Position numbers and translations under genes: made by a program. Shown here piece by piece: positions 36,457-46,427 of a DNA stretch of 64,000 nt (the first letter of the stretch is position 1; each line of letters opens with the position of its first letter). The stretch lies in NCBI GenBank assembly GCA_963701375.1, contig CAVOZT010000003.1, positions 508,086 through 572,085 of the forward strand, given 5' to 3'. The notes under the pieces are model-generated. The model saw nothing but the letters and a program-made list of their open reading frames with translations, was not told the DNA's origin and made no database searches. This stretch comes from an uncultured Acidimicrobiales bacterium (lineage in GTDB: Bacteria > Actinomycetota > Acidimicrobiia > Acidimicrobiales > CAVXTF01).

Positions 36457-37723
36457 ATGATGGCTACACATGGGAATCCTGGGGATGAAAGCCCGTCGGT
36501 CACGGTTACCAGGGACGCCGCAGCGATCATCATGTCGGTCGGCGAAGAGATGACAGAGGTTCTCGGGTGGCGTCCTGCACAACTCGTAGGGCGTCCATCT
36601 ACCGAATTCGTCCACCCCGAGGATCAGCCAAGTGCGATCGTGGCGTGGTTCAAGATGATCGACACTCCTGGCGAGGCTCATAACTGGGAGGGCCGCTACC
36701 GGACCCCACAGGGCGAATGGAGGTGGGTTGAGTGCGTGAACGTCAACCGTCTCGACGATGCAGACAATCCAGTGGTCATTACGACTATGAGACAGATCAC
36801 CGTCGACAAGGTCGGCCTCGCCGAGGAGCTACGCGCAAGAAAACAACTGCTCAGCCGACTTTCAGACGCAATGCCCATCGGGATGTTCCAGATCGACTCT
36901 GATCGGACCATCACCTTCACCAATGACCGCCTACACGCGATCCTCGGCTGCCCAGCGTCTGTAACTGTCGATGCGCAGTTCGCCACGGTCGAAGACGACG
37001 ACCGGCCCCTCTTGGGTTCCTCGGTCGACGCTGTCATGGGAGACGAATCCGTAGACGGCGTCGAACTCCGCTTCGTCAGGGCATCAGAGGACAACCGAAC
37101 TCTGAAACGCGTTTGCGTCTTGAGTCTGCGCCCGTTGACCGACGATGTGGGACGTGTGACCGGCGCTGTGGGCTGCGTCGCAGATGTCACCGAGCAAGTA
37201 CAATTGCGTCAGCAATTGGAATGGCGCGCAAATGTCGACGAGCTGACATCTTGCCTTAGTCGCTCTGCGATACTGGAGGTGCTCTCCTCGGCACTGGACC
37301 CACAGCCGGACAACAGTGGGGGCGCGGCTGTCGTCTTCGTAGATCTCTGCCGATTCAAGCAAGTAAACGATAATTTTCGGGCACGCGGTAGGCGATGACG
37401 TTCTCCAGATCGCTGGGGCGCGACTCAAGAACGTCGTGCGAGACGGCGACCATGTCGGACGCTTCGGTGGAGATGAATTCCTTGTCGTTTGTCCCCGGGT
37501 CACGAGTGAGAAGATCGCTCTCGAGGTCGCCGAACGTATTCGCGTTTCTCTTTCGGACAACTTAGAGGTAGCAACGGGGACCGTAGAACTCCGTGCGAGT
37601 GTGGGTGTCGCGCTCTCGTCCCGTTCTTCTGACGCCGACACACTGATCGCACATGCTGATTACGCCATGTATGCGGCGAAACGCTTAGGCTCCTCGGCCG
37701 TGGAAGTTTACGCTACGCGCTAG
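36457..37723 (+). pseudogene. PAS-PAS-GGDEF diguanylate cyclase with 1-nt frameshift in the T4 run 37374-37377
   Basis: ORF 1 ends FVDLCRFKQVNDNFRARGRR*. Dropping one T gives DNFGHAVGDDVLQIAGARLKNVVRDGDHVGRFGGDEF, continuous with ORF 37436..37723. Confidence 0.8.
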
Positions 37724-37763
37724 TGGTACTGCTTATCAAAGGTAGTGGCCTGTATGCGGCTGG

Positions 37764-39299
37764 TCAGCCGAGCGACGCAGAACTCAGCTGCCGTTCGTAG
37801 ACCACTGCCACGGTCGTCGTCGCACTCTGGCCGCTCGTCGACGGGCCACCCGTGGCCCCGGGGGCGGTGGGGACAGCCGTGTATTTCAGGCTGAATGCGT
37901 TGCCTTGGGACCAGGTACCTGCGTAGACCTGTCCTTGGCCCATAACACCCGTGCTATTCGTCGCCTGGAACTGGCACGGTGTGTAGAACAACACGTTGAG
38001 CGTATTGGCGAATTGGGTCGAGTTCTGAAGCGTGATGCCTGGACTCCCGTTCGAGCACGTCACGGAGCTCGGGACCACTAGGTACAAAACGTGGGTGCCC
38101 GAGCCCACCGAGTTCCAATTGGTCGAATTTGCCATCGCGAATCCCCCGGTGGAGAAGATTGCCAGGTTCTGATTGAGCGAGATCGTGTTGGAATTCGTCC
38201 AGCTGAGAGCGCAGGTGGTGAGCACGACGGTCGGCGAGACAGCAGAGCTCATTGCAGAGATGGTCGTGTATACGCTGCCCGCACCCGAGCACGTGTTATT
38301 CGTCACCGAGGTGTACCCCGCTGCCGACCATGCGCTTGCCGAATAAGTGAGTGTAGGGAACGTCTCTGCGGGTGGGTTGCTTAACGCGGCATCAGGGGCG
38401 ACCGATGTACCGCTCACGTTGCCGCTGTTCTTCAAGGTGATCGAGCAGTAGGCATACGCTGACTGGTCGATCACTGCATTGTTTGTGAGCAGGATGTTGC
38501 CTTGCGTGCTTCCGGTGCCGCACCCTGAGTTGCCGGTGGCGTATGCACTTCCGGCGATCGCGGCGCTGTTCTGCTCCGTTATGTTCCCGACGGCAGTGAG
38601 ATTTCCGCTCACCGTGCAGGCGTTCGTGCCGGTAAAGGACCCCTCAACCGTGATGTTTCCCTGGATGGCCGAGGAGTTTCCGCATGTCAGACTGCCGTTC
38701 ACGTAAGCGTTGGCCGAGTCGTGCCCGCTCGGGTCGTCCAGATTGAAGGCGTTGCTGAAGCTGGCGGATCCCTGCACGAACAGCGCTTGGTCGAAGACGC
38801 TGGCTCCTGCCTGGGCGACGGTGAGCTTTACCAGAGCCTCCATGTACTGCGTCACACGGGCGTCTGTCCCGGTCGAAGTCACCTCTGCCGACTGAGGGAT
38901 TGCCGCACCGGACCGCACCTGCGAACAGCTGAGCGCCCCGTTCGTGGGTGGGAAGGTGGCGTAGTACGAAATGCTCGCCGAATAGCGCGACCCTTCAGGA
39001 GCGGTAGGCAGGCTCGCGGTTAGCGCGCCCGGACCACATGGCAGATTCGTGACTGAACCAGTCTGCATCTCGGCAATCGAAAGGTCGAGCCCTCCTTCGG
39101 CGGCGTTGAGCGCCTGTGCCTGCTGCCCGGAGAATTCTGTTGTCGTTTGGTCGATGGAAGACACCTGGAAGAGAACGGCGACTCCGAGTGCCATGACCGT
39201 GCAAACCGTCGCGACGGTCATCAAGGCAGCAAGGCCCGCCTCGCTCCGCACTTCCCGACCTAAGAGATTGCGGTCTTCATGCATCGGTTTCGGTCTCAT
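37764..39299 (-). CDS. PilX-N-like membrane-anchored protein with Ser/Thr/Gly/Asn-rich repeat region
   Basis: N-terminus SEAGLAALMTVATVCTVMALGVAVL resembles PilX_N. Middle region has GN(I/L)T-type repeats (GNITVEGSFTGTNACTVSGNLTAVGNITEQ). AGAAGG SD before ATG 39299. Confidence 0.55.
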   Translation of the reverse strand: MRPKPMHEDRNLLGREVRSEAGLAALMTVATVCTVMALGVAVLFQVSSIDQTTTEFSGQQAQALNAAEGGLDLSIAEMQTGSVTNLPCGPGALTASLPTAPEGSRYSASISYYATFPPTNGALSCSQVRSGAAIPQSAEVTSTGTDARVTQYMEALVKLTVAQAGASVFDQALFVQGSASFSNAFNLDDPSGHDSANAYVNGSLTCGNSSAIQGNITVEGSFTGTNACTVSGNLTAVGNITEQNSAAIAGSAYATGNSGCGTGSTQGNILLTNNAVIDQSAYAYCSITLKNSGNVSGTSVAPDAALSNPPAETFPTLTYSASAWSAAGYTSVTNNTCSGAGSVYTTISAMSSAVSPTVVLTTCALSWTNSNTISLNQNLAIFSTGGFAMANSTNWNSVGSGTHVLYLVVPSSVTCSNGSPGITLQNSTQFANTLNVLFYTPCQFQATNSTGVMGQGQVYAGTWSQGNAFSLKYTAVPTAPGATGGPSTSGQSATTTVAVVYERQLSSASLG

Positions 39300-39313
39300 T
39301 TGCGACCTTCTTG

Positions 39314-40000
39314 TCACGCCGGCGGCACCGGGCTGCAATCGCCGGTGTTGCCGGGGTAATACTCGGCGTCGCGTGCTGCGACCGAGGTTTGGTCCTGGAT
39401 CATGGTCACCGGCTTGGTCGTCTGATCGAAGTCGAGAGTCACGTCCACGAGCCGGCTACCCGAGGTACCCCCGAAATTGGCGCCCGTGTCAATGGAGAAA
39501 GGGGGATTCGACACCGGGTTCGTGACACCCGTCTCGAGTGTCGACCAGAGCGAGACGACGCCGTCTGTCTGCCACTGGTTCGAGTACGAGCGGGACTCGA
39601 GGGCGCCTGTGTTGAGAAGTCGCCACTGCACGCACTCGGGGAGACCGTTGAGCTCTGTGTAGACGCGTAGCGAAAAACCCGCCGGGATCGCAGACCCGTC
39701 TGGATTTGTTCCCGCGTCGGACCCTTCAGACGCCGGGTTGAAAAGGATGTCGGCCGAGATGATCTCCTGGCGAAGCTCGGTCATAGCCAGAGCCGCCTGC
39801 TCGTTGGCATATCCCGTCGATGTAGCAAGAGTGCTGAGCCCGAGCACGGTAGAAACGGCCTGCATCGAAAGAGTTAGGACCACCACGAGCACACCCATGG
39901 CGATCACGACTTCGATCAGTGTGAATCCGCCTTCGGGATGCTCGATATCCGGGAAGACAGGGGCCGTGCTTGGCCCGGTGATACCTCCAGATTTCTTCAT
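39314..40000 (-). CDS. type IV prepilin-like (pseudopilin) protein
   Basis: Class III signal ..HPEGG/FTLIEVVIAMGVLVVVL (G-1, F+1, E+5); ATGA overlap with the upstream gene. Confidence 0.7.
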   Translation of the reverse strand: MKKSGGITGPSTAPVFPDIEHPEGGFTLIEVVIAMGVLVVVLTLSMQAVSTVLGLSTLATSTGYANEQAALAMTELRQEIISADILFNPASEGSDAGTNPDGSAIPAGFSLRVYTELNGLPECVQWRLLNTGALESRSYSNQWQTDGVVSLWSTLETGVTNPVSNPPFSIDTGANFGGTSGSRLVDVTLDFDQTTKPVTMIQDQTSVAARDAEYYPGNTGDCSPVPPA

Positions 40001-41817
40001 GGCGCCGCTTGATACGAAGTGGAGAGATCTAACTTGCCGAGATTGATCTCGACCGACAGGTTCGCGATCGTGGTGGTCCCCTGGGTGACCTTGTACACGA
40101 TGTCGCCTTGTACGACCGACGACACCACGACCGACGCCGCGCACACAGAGGAGCACCCGCTCGTAGTGGTCGCTGGATTTGCGACGCTCGTGATCGGTCC
40201 TAGAACCAGCGACGCACTGACGTTCAAGTTGACCGCTCCAGAGGGGATTGCCGAATCTGTGATCGACACTGTCGGGATCGTGATTGAGGGAGGCGCAGTG
40301 CCCAAGTTGCTGATCGTGAGGGTGGTGTACCCCGACCCGTTCCAGTAGACGAGCGATGGTGTCGGTGCTCCAGGGATGGGCACGTTGGCGGAAGGATTAG
40401 AGGCGCCGACACCGCTCTCTGAATTCGCCTGAGCGGAGTAGTTGTTGAGGGTTAGCAAACTGGAACCCCAACCGGCGGGTTCGGCGTGGTCGGTTACGAA
40501 TTGGCTGGGCAAGCCCCCAAATGTCATCGTTCCGAACGCCTCTTGTGCGCCTGCGTGGATGCAGCCGTCTCCGTTGGTGGCGCTACATGCGCTTCCGCCA
40601 GAGGAGGTGACTCTCGTAATGAAGGATTCGTTTGGATACGCGGCAGGCGTCGACGCAACGCTTGCCAACGTCGTAGTCCCGAGCGACGAGGAACCGGCGG
40701 TGAGGCCCATCTGAAGGGTCGCCGTCCCGCTCTGGTCGACCGATCCACTCGCACAGGGCAGCCCGTTGGTTTGAATCGTCCCTTGGAGGTTCACACAAGT
40801 TGGACTCGATGACGCTGCCGCGGTACTCGTCGTGACTCCGCTGTCGGCCGAACCGGGTTGTGCGCCTATCCAGTCGGGACCCAACATTCCCGCCTGCAAG
40901 AAGGGGGCCGACTGAGCGGCTGAGGCGCTCGATGATGGGTTCTGAGCAGTACCAGGATCGTTGTCTGCTTCTGAGTTGCCTGCGACGGAGCCCGATGCCA
41001 GCAGACCGCCGCCATCGTCCCACTCCGCCCCGGAAGTCGCAGTGCTCCCAAATGCCCTCGAGGTCTGTTCCACCTGAACCTGAGAAGCGCTGTTCGAAAG
41101 CGACAGGTCGAAGGCGTCGAGGCTCAGACCCGAGATCGGATCACCCGTCCACCCGGGCGCCGACGAGACGTTGATCGAGCCTTTCCCGGAGAGCGCACCG
41201 CCGTATAGGAGGGGCTGGCAGGGCGCTGCGAATGGATGGTTCGTGCTCGTCAGGCATCCCGAGCTGGCGGAGTACACCACCGTTTCCGCACTCACAGATG
41301 TGACACCGCCCTGGTGATTGCCGCTCCACGACACCACGATCGTTACGCGGTACGCACCAGTCACACCGCTCACGTTGGTCGGGTACGCCGACACCGTGAA
41401 TCCGACATGGTCCAGGGTCACGCTGGAGCTGTGCGGAACGAATGGCGCTTGGGTGTAGGACAAGGCGCCATGCGGGATCGTCTCATCGGTAAGGGCGAAC
41501 GTGTAGACCTGATTGGGCGCGCTTCCCGTGACGACGATGTCCGGGTCTGAAGCGATAGTGGTGTCCAACGTGCTCAGCCCGTTCGCCACGATCTGATACG
41601 GCAGCGCCCGGACCTCTTCCATCGCCTGATCGAGAAGGCGACCGGCTACCTGGTGATTGGAGGTCGAGCTGATGCTGAGCATCTGCGTCCCGAGCTCAGA
41701 GGCGATGGCGAGCATCGACACGATCAGCAAAGTGGTTGCAACAACCACCTCGAGGAGGGCGAAACCGTCCTCATGGTCGCTCTCCTCGCGCGCCTTGTGA
41801 AGTCTCATGCTCCTCAA
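39997..41817 (-). CDS. giant type IV prepilin-like (pseudopilin) protein, about 606 aa
   Basis: Class III signal ..DHEDG/FALLEVVVATTLLIVSML, followed by a roughly 570-aa Ser/Thr/Gly/Ala-rich region; TTGA overlap with the upstream gene (alternative ATG at 41808). Confidence 0.7.
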   Translation of the reverse strand: MRSMRLHKAREESDHEDGFALLEVVVATTLLIVSMLAIASELGTQMLSISSTSNHQVAGRLLDQAMEEVRALPYQIVANGLSTLDTTIASDPDIVVTGSAPNQVYTFALTDETIPHGALSYTQAPFVPHSSSVTLDHVGFTVSAYPTNVSGVTGAYRVTIVVSWSGNHQGGVTSVSAETVVYSASSGCLTSTNHPFAAPCQPLLYGGALSGKGSINVSSAPGWTGDPISGLSLDAFDLSLSNSASQVQVEQTSRAFGSTATSGAEWDDGGGLLASGSVAGNSEADNDPGTAQNPSSSASAAQSAPFLQAGMLGPDWIGAQPGSADSGVTTSTAAASSSPTCVNLQGTIQTNGLPCASGSVDQSGTATLQMGLTAGSSSLGTTTLASVASTPAAYPNESFITRVTSSGGSACSATNGDGCIHAGAQEAFGTMTFGGLPSQFVTDHAEPAGWGSSLLTLNNYSAQANSESGVGASNPSANVPIPGAPTPSLVYWNGSGYTTLTISNLGTAPPSITIPTVSITDSAIPSGAVNLNVSASLVLGPITSVANPATTTSGCSSVCAASVVVSSVVQGDIVYKVTQGTTTIANLSVEINLGKLDLSTSYQAAP

Positions 41818-42497
41818 GACCGAGCCTTAGGTTCTGCAACGACGCTCCAGGTGCAGGGGTTCGGAGCAGCGGCCTGGACGCTGTATGTCCCGGCGGCAAG
41901 GGGAGGGCTCGTGCCTCTGCGTTGAGGATTCGACCCGATCTCTATCGGGAGGACGAAAGCCGGTTGTGAACCGGAGAGGACCTGCAGATCGACCGCCGAG
42001 CCCTGGGACCCGACGGGACAGCTCACCTCCCATTGCACGATGAAAGTCTGAGACGCCTGAATGGGAGATGACTGAGCTGATCCGGCGCCGCTAAAGGCGA
42101 AGAGCGACCCTGGAGGGCTCGAGTTCTGTGCAACTTGACCGCCGGGAAGAGTCCGGTCGCCGAGGTTCGTTCGCGTTACACCGGTGGGTGCTGGACTCGA
42201 TGCGGGAGCCGCGCTGCCATGGCCTGTGAACAACAGCACCGACCCGAACATCAACGCTGCCCCGAGGAACGAGACGATGACGAGAGACCACCGAACCGGG
42301 CGTCTCCTCCTGCGGCCAGGAACCCCGAGACTCAGATGCTCGGACGTTTCGGTGGCGCGGTGGGCTCGCTCCTCGTATATATGGGCGATCTCGAGAGCAA
42401 GCTCGCGGAGATCACGATGTTCGTCACCGGCGGATCCGAGCGTCTTTTCAGCCCCGACCGATTCCGAATGAAGGCGGGTCGCGGCGTTGTCAGCCAT
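41814..42497 (-). CDS. single-pass membrane protein of unknown function, first gene of the pilin-like operon
   Basis: GGGAGG SD; cytoplasmic acidic N-terminus, RRRRRPVRW, TM LVIVSFLGAALMFGSVLLF, about 130-aa outer domain. Confidence 0.5.
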   Translation of the reverse strand: MADNAATRLHSESVGAEKTLGSAGDEHRDLRELALEIAHIYEERAHRATETSEHLSLGVPGRRRRRPVRWSLVIVSFLGAALMFGSVLLFTGHGSAAPASSPAPTGVTRTNLGDRTLPGGQVAQNSSPPGSLFAFSGAGSAQSSPIQASQTFIVQWEVSCPVGSQGSAVDLQVLSGSQPAFVLPIEIGSNPQRRGTSPPLAAGTYSVQAAAPNPCTWSVVAEPKARS

Positions 42498-42647
42498 GCC
42501 AGGACCTCCCCCCGGAATGCGGGCTCCGTTAAATGGGCTGGACCCCGCTTCGTATGTCGGCGCACTCGCGCTTTCGCGTGAACAAATGGCTCACAAGCTG
42601 CGCACAATGCGCTCCGAGCCAGGTCTCCTGAAGCGATGGACCACAAC

Positions 42648-44213
42648 TCAGCCGGCCTCAGCAATCACGGCGTCGGCCGACCAGCCATCTTCGTCGTTAG
42701 CCTCGGCCGGCTCCAGCTCCGCAGTTCGGTCTGGGCCCGATCGCACCAAAGCCGCAACCAAGACCAAAGCCGACACGGAGAAGATCAATCCGATGCGGAA
42801 CACCGCATCAAGCCCGTGAACGATCACGGCGTGCGCATGGTCGCGAGCGCTAGGCCCCAAGTCCGCGCCGAGCTGCGCGTGATGGGTGACCACACCGAAG
42901 GCAGTGACCAGCACGGCGAGACCGAGCGCGGCGCCGACCTGCTGGGTCACGTTGATCAGTCCGGATGCGGCCCCCGCGTCCCCGGGATCGACATTGGCAA
43001 GCGATGCCGAAGTGAGGCTCACGAAAGAGATACCCGAGCCCACACCGAGGAGGACGAGAGCTACGACGATCTGCCCGTATGAAGTGCCTTCATGCACCTG
43101 AGCTGCCAGGAGCAGACTGACGGTGACAAAGGCCGCGCCAGCGATCATCAGGACCTTTGCGGGGAGGCGGTCGGCCAGGATCCTGCTGGTGAGCTGCGAC
43201 GACGCGAACACCGACACGGGTATCGGGAGGAAGGCGATTCCGGCTCTCAGCGGCGAGTAGCCCTGGACGTCTTGGAAGAACTGCGACATGAAGAAAAACA
43301 TCCCGTACATACCGGCGTAGATGAGACCTCGGGCGAGGTTCGCCGTCGTGCGGGTGGAGCTCGCGAAAAGCCTTAGGGGCAGGATCGGCTCTTCGACCCG
43401 AGCCTCGTTGTGAACGAAAACGCCAAGCAGGACCAGTCCGACGGCGAGGGCGCCGATCGTCCGAGTGTTCGTCCAGCCCGCGCTGCCGGCCTCGACCAAC
43501 CCGAAAACGATGCCTGTCATGCCAGCCGTCGAGCTCACCGCGCCAAGCAGATCGAAGCGACCGTGCCGCCGTTCTGTCTCTACTAACGCGCTGCGTCCAA
43601 GCAGCAGCACGGCGAGACCGATAGGAACGTTGACGAACATGACCCATCGCCAGGAGACGAGCTCCGTGAGCAGCCCTCCGGCGACCAGTCCCGTGGCGCC
43701 CCCGGCCGCTGACACCGTGGTGTACATCGCTATGGCTCGCAGGCGCTTCGGACCGTCGGGGAAGGCGGTGGTCAGCAGCGACAACGCGGAGGGCGCGGCG
43801 AGCGCCGCACCGACTCCCTGGACAGCCCGCGCCGCGAGCAGCATCCACGACTCCTGTGCGAATCCACCAGCGAGCGAGCTCACCGAAAAGAGCGCGATGC
43901 CGATGAGGAACGCCCGTCGCCGGCCGAGGAGATCTCCTGTCCGGGCCCCGAGGAGAAGCAGTCCCCCGAAGGTCAGGATGTAGGCGTTGATCACCCATGA
44001 AAGGTTCGTGGCGGAAAAAGCCAGACCCCTCTGGATGTGGGGCAGCGCGACGTTCACGATGGTGGTGTCCAGGACCACCATCAGCTGGGCTGTCAGGACG
44101 ACGGCAAGGAAAACCGCCGGGTGGCTCAGGCGTCGGCGCAGGGTGCCGGCCTGGTGCCTGAAGGGGATGACGGATGGGGTGGGGCTTACGGAGCTTGTTG
44201 CGATTGGAGCCAT
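42648..44213 (-). CDS. MFS transporter, 14-TMS DHA2 (EmrB/QacA) type
   Basis: LMVVLDTTIVNVALP and GDLLGRRR motifs; about 14 hydrophobic segments. Confidence 0.85.
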   Translation of the reverse strand: MAPIATSSVSPTPSVIPFRHQAGTLRRRLSHPAVFLAVVLTAQLMVVLDTTIVNVALPHIQRGLAFSATNLSWVINAYILTFGGLLLLGARTGDLLGRRRAFLIGIALFSVSSLAGGFAQESWMLLAARAVQGVGAALAAPSALSLLTTAFPDGPKRLRAIAMYTTVSAAGGATGLVAGGLLTELVSWRWVMFVNVPIGLAVLLLGRSALVETERRHGRFDLLGAVSSTAGMTGIVFGLVEAGSAGWTNTRTIGALAVGLVLLGVFVHNEARVEEPILPLRLFASSTRTTANLARGLIYAGMYGMFFFMSQFFQDVQGYSPLRAGIAFLPIPVSVFASSQLTSRILADRLPAKVLMIAGAAFVTVSLLLAAQVHEGTSYGQIVVALVLLGVGSGISFVSLTSASLANVDPGDAGAASGLINVTQQVGAALGLAVLVTAFGVVTHHAQLGADLGPSARDHAHAVIVHGLDAVFRIGLIFSVSALVLVAALVRSGPDRTAELEPAEANDEDGWSADAVIAEAG

Positions 44214-44325
44214 TTGACTTCGACCTTTGCGCTGGTATCCTGTGGAAACGGAAGAATCCTCCGGTTACTATACGGAGGATGCCTCCGGTTATCAAGCCAT
44301 TTTGGGTAGGGAAGGGAAAAAGCTC

Positions 44326-44955
44326 GTGACCAGCGAGAACAGCATGGTGGCCGGCCCGGCCGACGAAGCCACGAGTGAGCGAAACTGGTCAGAACGTCCC
44401 ATGCGGGCCGACGCCCGCCGGAACTACGAACGTCTGGTGTCGGCAGCAAGGGAGGTCTTCGCTGCCGAGGGTGAGGGCGCGTCAATGGAGGCGGTCGCCC
44501 GCAAGGCCGGTGTAGGGGTCGGCACGCTTTACCGCCACTTCCCGACTCGCATCAACCTGGTCGAAGCGGTGTACACGACCGACGTCGACGAACTCGTTCA
44601 GGCCGCTGAAGAGGCCGTGGCCAAATTTGAGCCCTGGCCGGCCGTCGTGGCTTTCTTGGAAGCCTTCGTCCGATACGCCCAGAGCAAGCGGACATTTCTA
44701 AATGAGCTGCGTGAGGCGTTCGACAAACACCCGGACCTGCGGCTCGCTTCGCGAGAGCGGATCGACGCCGCCACTGAGCTCGTTATCCGGCGGGCGCAGG
44801 AAGCCGGTGTTATCCGAACGGACGTTGACGGGGCAGACGTCACCCAACTTCTAGGTCCCATGTGCACGAGCCCGACGATCACTCAAGAGCAGAGTGCACG
44901 GCTGCTTCCGATGATCCTCGACGGGCTTCGCGTTACAGCGCCATCGCCGCTGTAG
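44326..44955 (+). CDS. TetR/AcrR family transcriptional regulator
   Basis: RADARRNYERLVSAAREVFAAEG..MEAVARKAGVGVGTLYRHFPTR; divergent from the MFS gene; start GTG 44326 (GGGAAGGG SD) or ATG 44401. Confidence 0.85.
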   Translation: MTSENSMVAGPADEATSERNWSERPMRADARRNYERLVSAAREVFAAEGEGASMEAVARKAGVGVGTLYRHFPTRINLVEAVYTTDVDELVQAAEEAVAKFEPWPAVVAFLEAFVRYAQSKRTFLNELREAFDKHPDLRLASRERIDAATELVIRRAQEAGVIRTDVDGADVTQLLGPMCTSPTITQEQSARLLPMILDGLRVTAPSPL

Positions 44956-45095
44956 ATCGTTAGTACCACCGTTTCCGGTGGGGCTCATTCCTCATTCCCG
45001 CGGTGCAGACCGGCCGCGCCCTCGGCGTCTCGGCTTTCACCTTGCTCCAGCCGCCTAGCGGGCACCGCCAGTCCATCGTCCACACCAAGTGACCT

Positions 45096-45122
45096 TCAAG
45101 ATGATCACTTGTCAAGATGATC
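45096..45122. promoter_or_regulatory. direct repeat TCAAGATGATC x2 (16-nt period), operator-like, upstream of the AIF-like gene
   Basis: Copies at 45096-45106 and 45112-45122, directly before the AT-rich TATATGATATT; downstream of the TetR gene. Confidence 0.35.
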
Positions 45123-45184
45123 TGAGTTCTATATGATATTGAACCGAGACATAAGCATCCAACCGGCGAGAGGACGGAGGGCAC

Positions 45185-46304
45185 ATGACGGCAAGTGCGC
45201 AGGCAGATCGCCCGACGGTCGTGGTTGTCGGCGGCGGCTACGGCGGTACGGCTGTGGCCAAGGCCTTGGATGAGACAGCCAGGGTGGTGCTGGTCGAGCA
45301 AAAGGACGCATTCATGCACAACATCGGGGCACTGCGGGCGCTGGTGGATCCGTCCTGGTTGCCCCGGATCTTCTTCCCTTACAAGGGACTCCTCGCCAAT
45401 GGGCAGGTCATACGGGATCGCGTCACGAACGTCGAGCCAGGACGCGTCGTCACAGCTTCGGGCCAAGTGATCGCGGCCGACTATGTGGTTCTGGCCACTG
45501 GGTCGAGTTACCCCTCCCGGCAAAGACCGACCTTGTCGATACCGAGTTGGCCCGCGAACAGATCCCGCGCTACGCACGAGGCGCTTTCGCAGGCGGATCG
45601 AGTCCTGCTGCTTGGCGCTGGCCCGGTCGGTATCGAGCTTGCGGGAGAAATAAGAGCCGTGTGGCCGGAGAAGTCGATCGTGTTGCTCGATGAGCGCGAT
45701 GAGGTGCTAAGTGGCCCGTTCATGCCGGAACTGCGCGCTCGAACTACGAAGCCAGCTGGACGAATTTGACGTCGAGGTCGTCCTAGGTAGTCCGTTGCGC
45801 GAGGCACCGCCTACGGTACCTGGGGAGTTGGCAGCCTTCAGCGTGGAGACCGAGAGCGGAGTCAAGTTGGCGGCCGATATCTGGTTCCGTTGCTACGGCG
45901 TTTCACCCAACAGCGATTATCTGGGTGAGGAGCTTCGCTCGGCACGCCGAGCCGACGGGTACGTCGAAGTGGGTCCCACCTTGCAAGTCGTCGGCCAAAC
46001 GACGGTCTTCGCGCTCGGTGACCTGTCGACGGCCGACGCCAAGATGGCAGGGTTCGCCGGGCGCGAGGCAGCAACCGCTGCGGCCAACATCAAAACGCTC
46101 ATAGAGGGTGGCGCCGAGCTTGCCGACTATGAGTCGGCCGGTCCCGGGATCGCGGTGCCCATCGGGCCGACGGGCGGCGCCGGGCAGTTCCCCGGTCAAG
46201 ATGAGATCGTTGGACGAGAGGTGATCGCGGAAGTTAAGGGTCGGGACATGATGGTGGACCGATTCGCAGAGCTCTTCGGTCTCGCAGTCGCAGCAGGCGA
46301 GTGA
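45185..46304 (+). pseudogene. AIF/FSP1-like FAD-dependent NAD(P)H oxidoreductase with three apparent indels
   Basis: VVVVGGGYGGTAVA and LLLGAGPVGIELAGEI dinucleotide folds. Best reading needs shifts near 45515 and 45574 (compensating; restores SYPFPAKTDLVDTELAREQI) and near 45740 (PELRAELRSQLDEF). Confidence 0.6.
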
Positions 46305-46427
46305 AGATCGTCGGGACGTCGGGCAATTCGCGAGAACTCCGCTTTCAGGCTCGAAGGGTTAGAGCGACCTAGAGTTCGGGTTGAAGCGCCTATGTACCGG
46401 CGTCTCTCAACCTAGGAGCGGAAATCA

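Noticed and set aside
43090-44295. 401-aa minus ORF and several other long ORFs overlapping the MFS gene
   Set aside because: It is an alternative frame of the MFS transporter region with extreme Arg/Pro/Gly content. The MFS frame has clear TM periodicity and family motifs.
44960-45577. 205-aa minus ORF
   Set aside because: It is antisense to the AIF-like oxidoreductase and spans its promoter region. It has no recognisable features.
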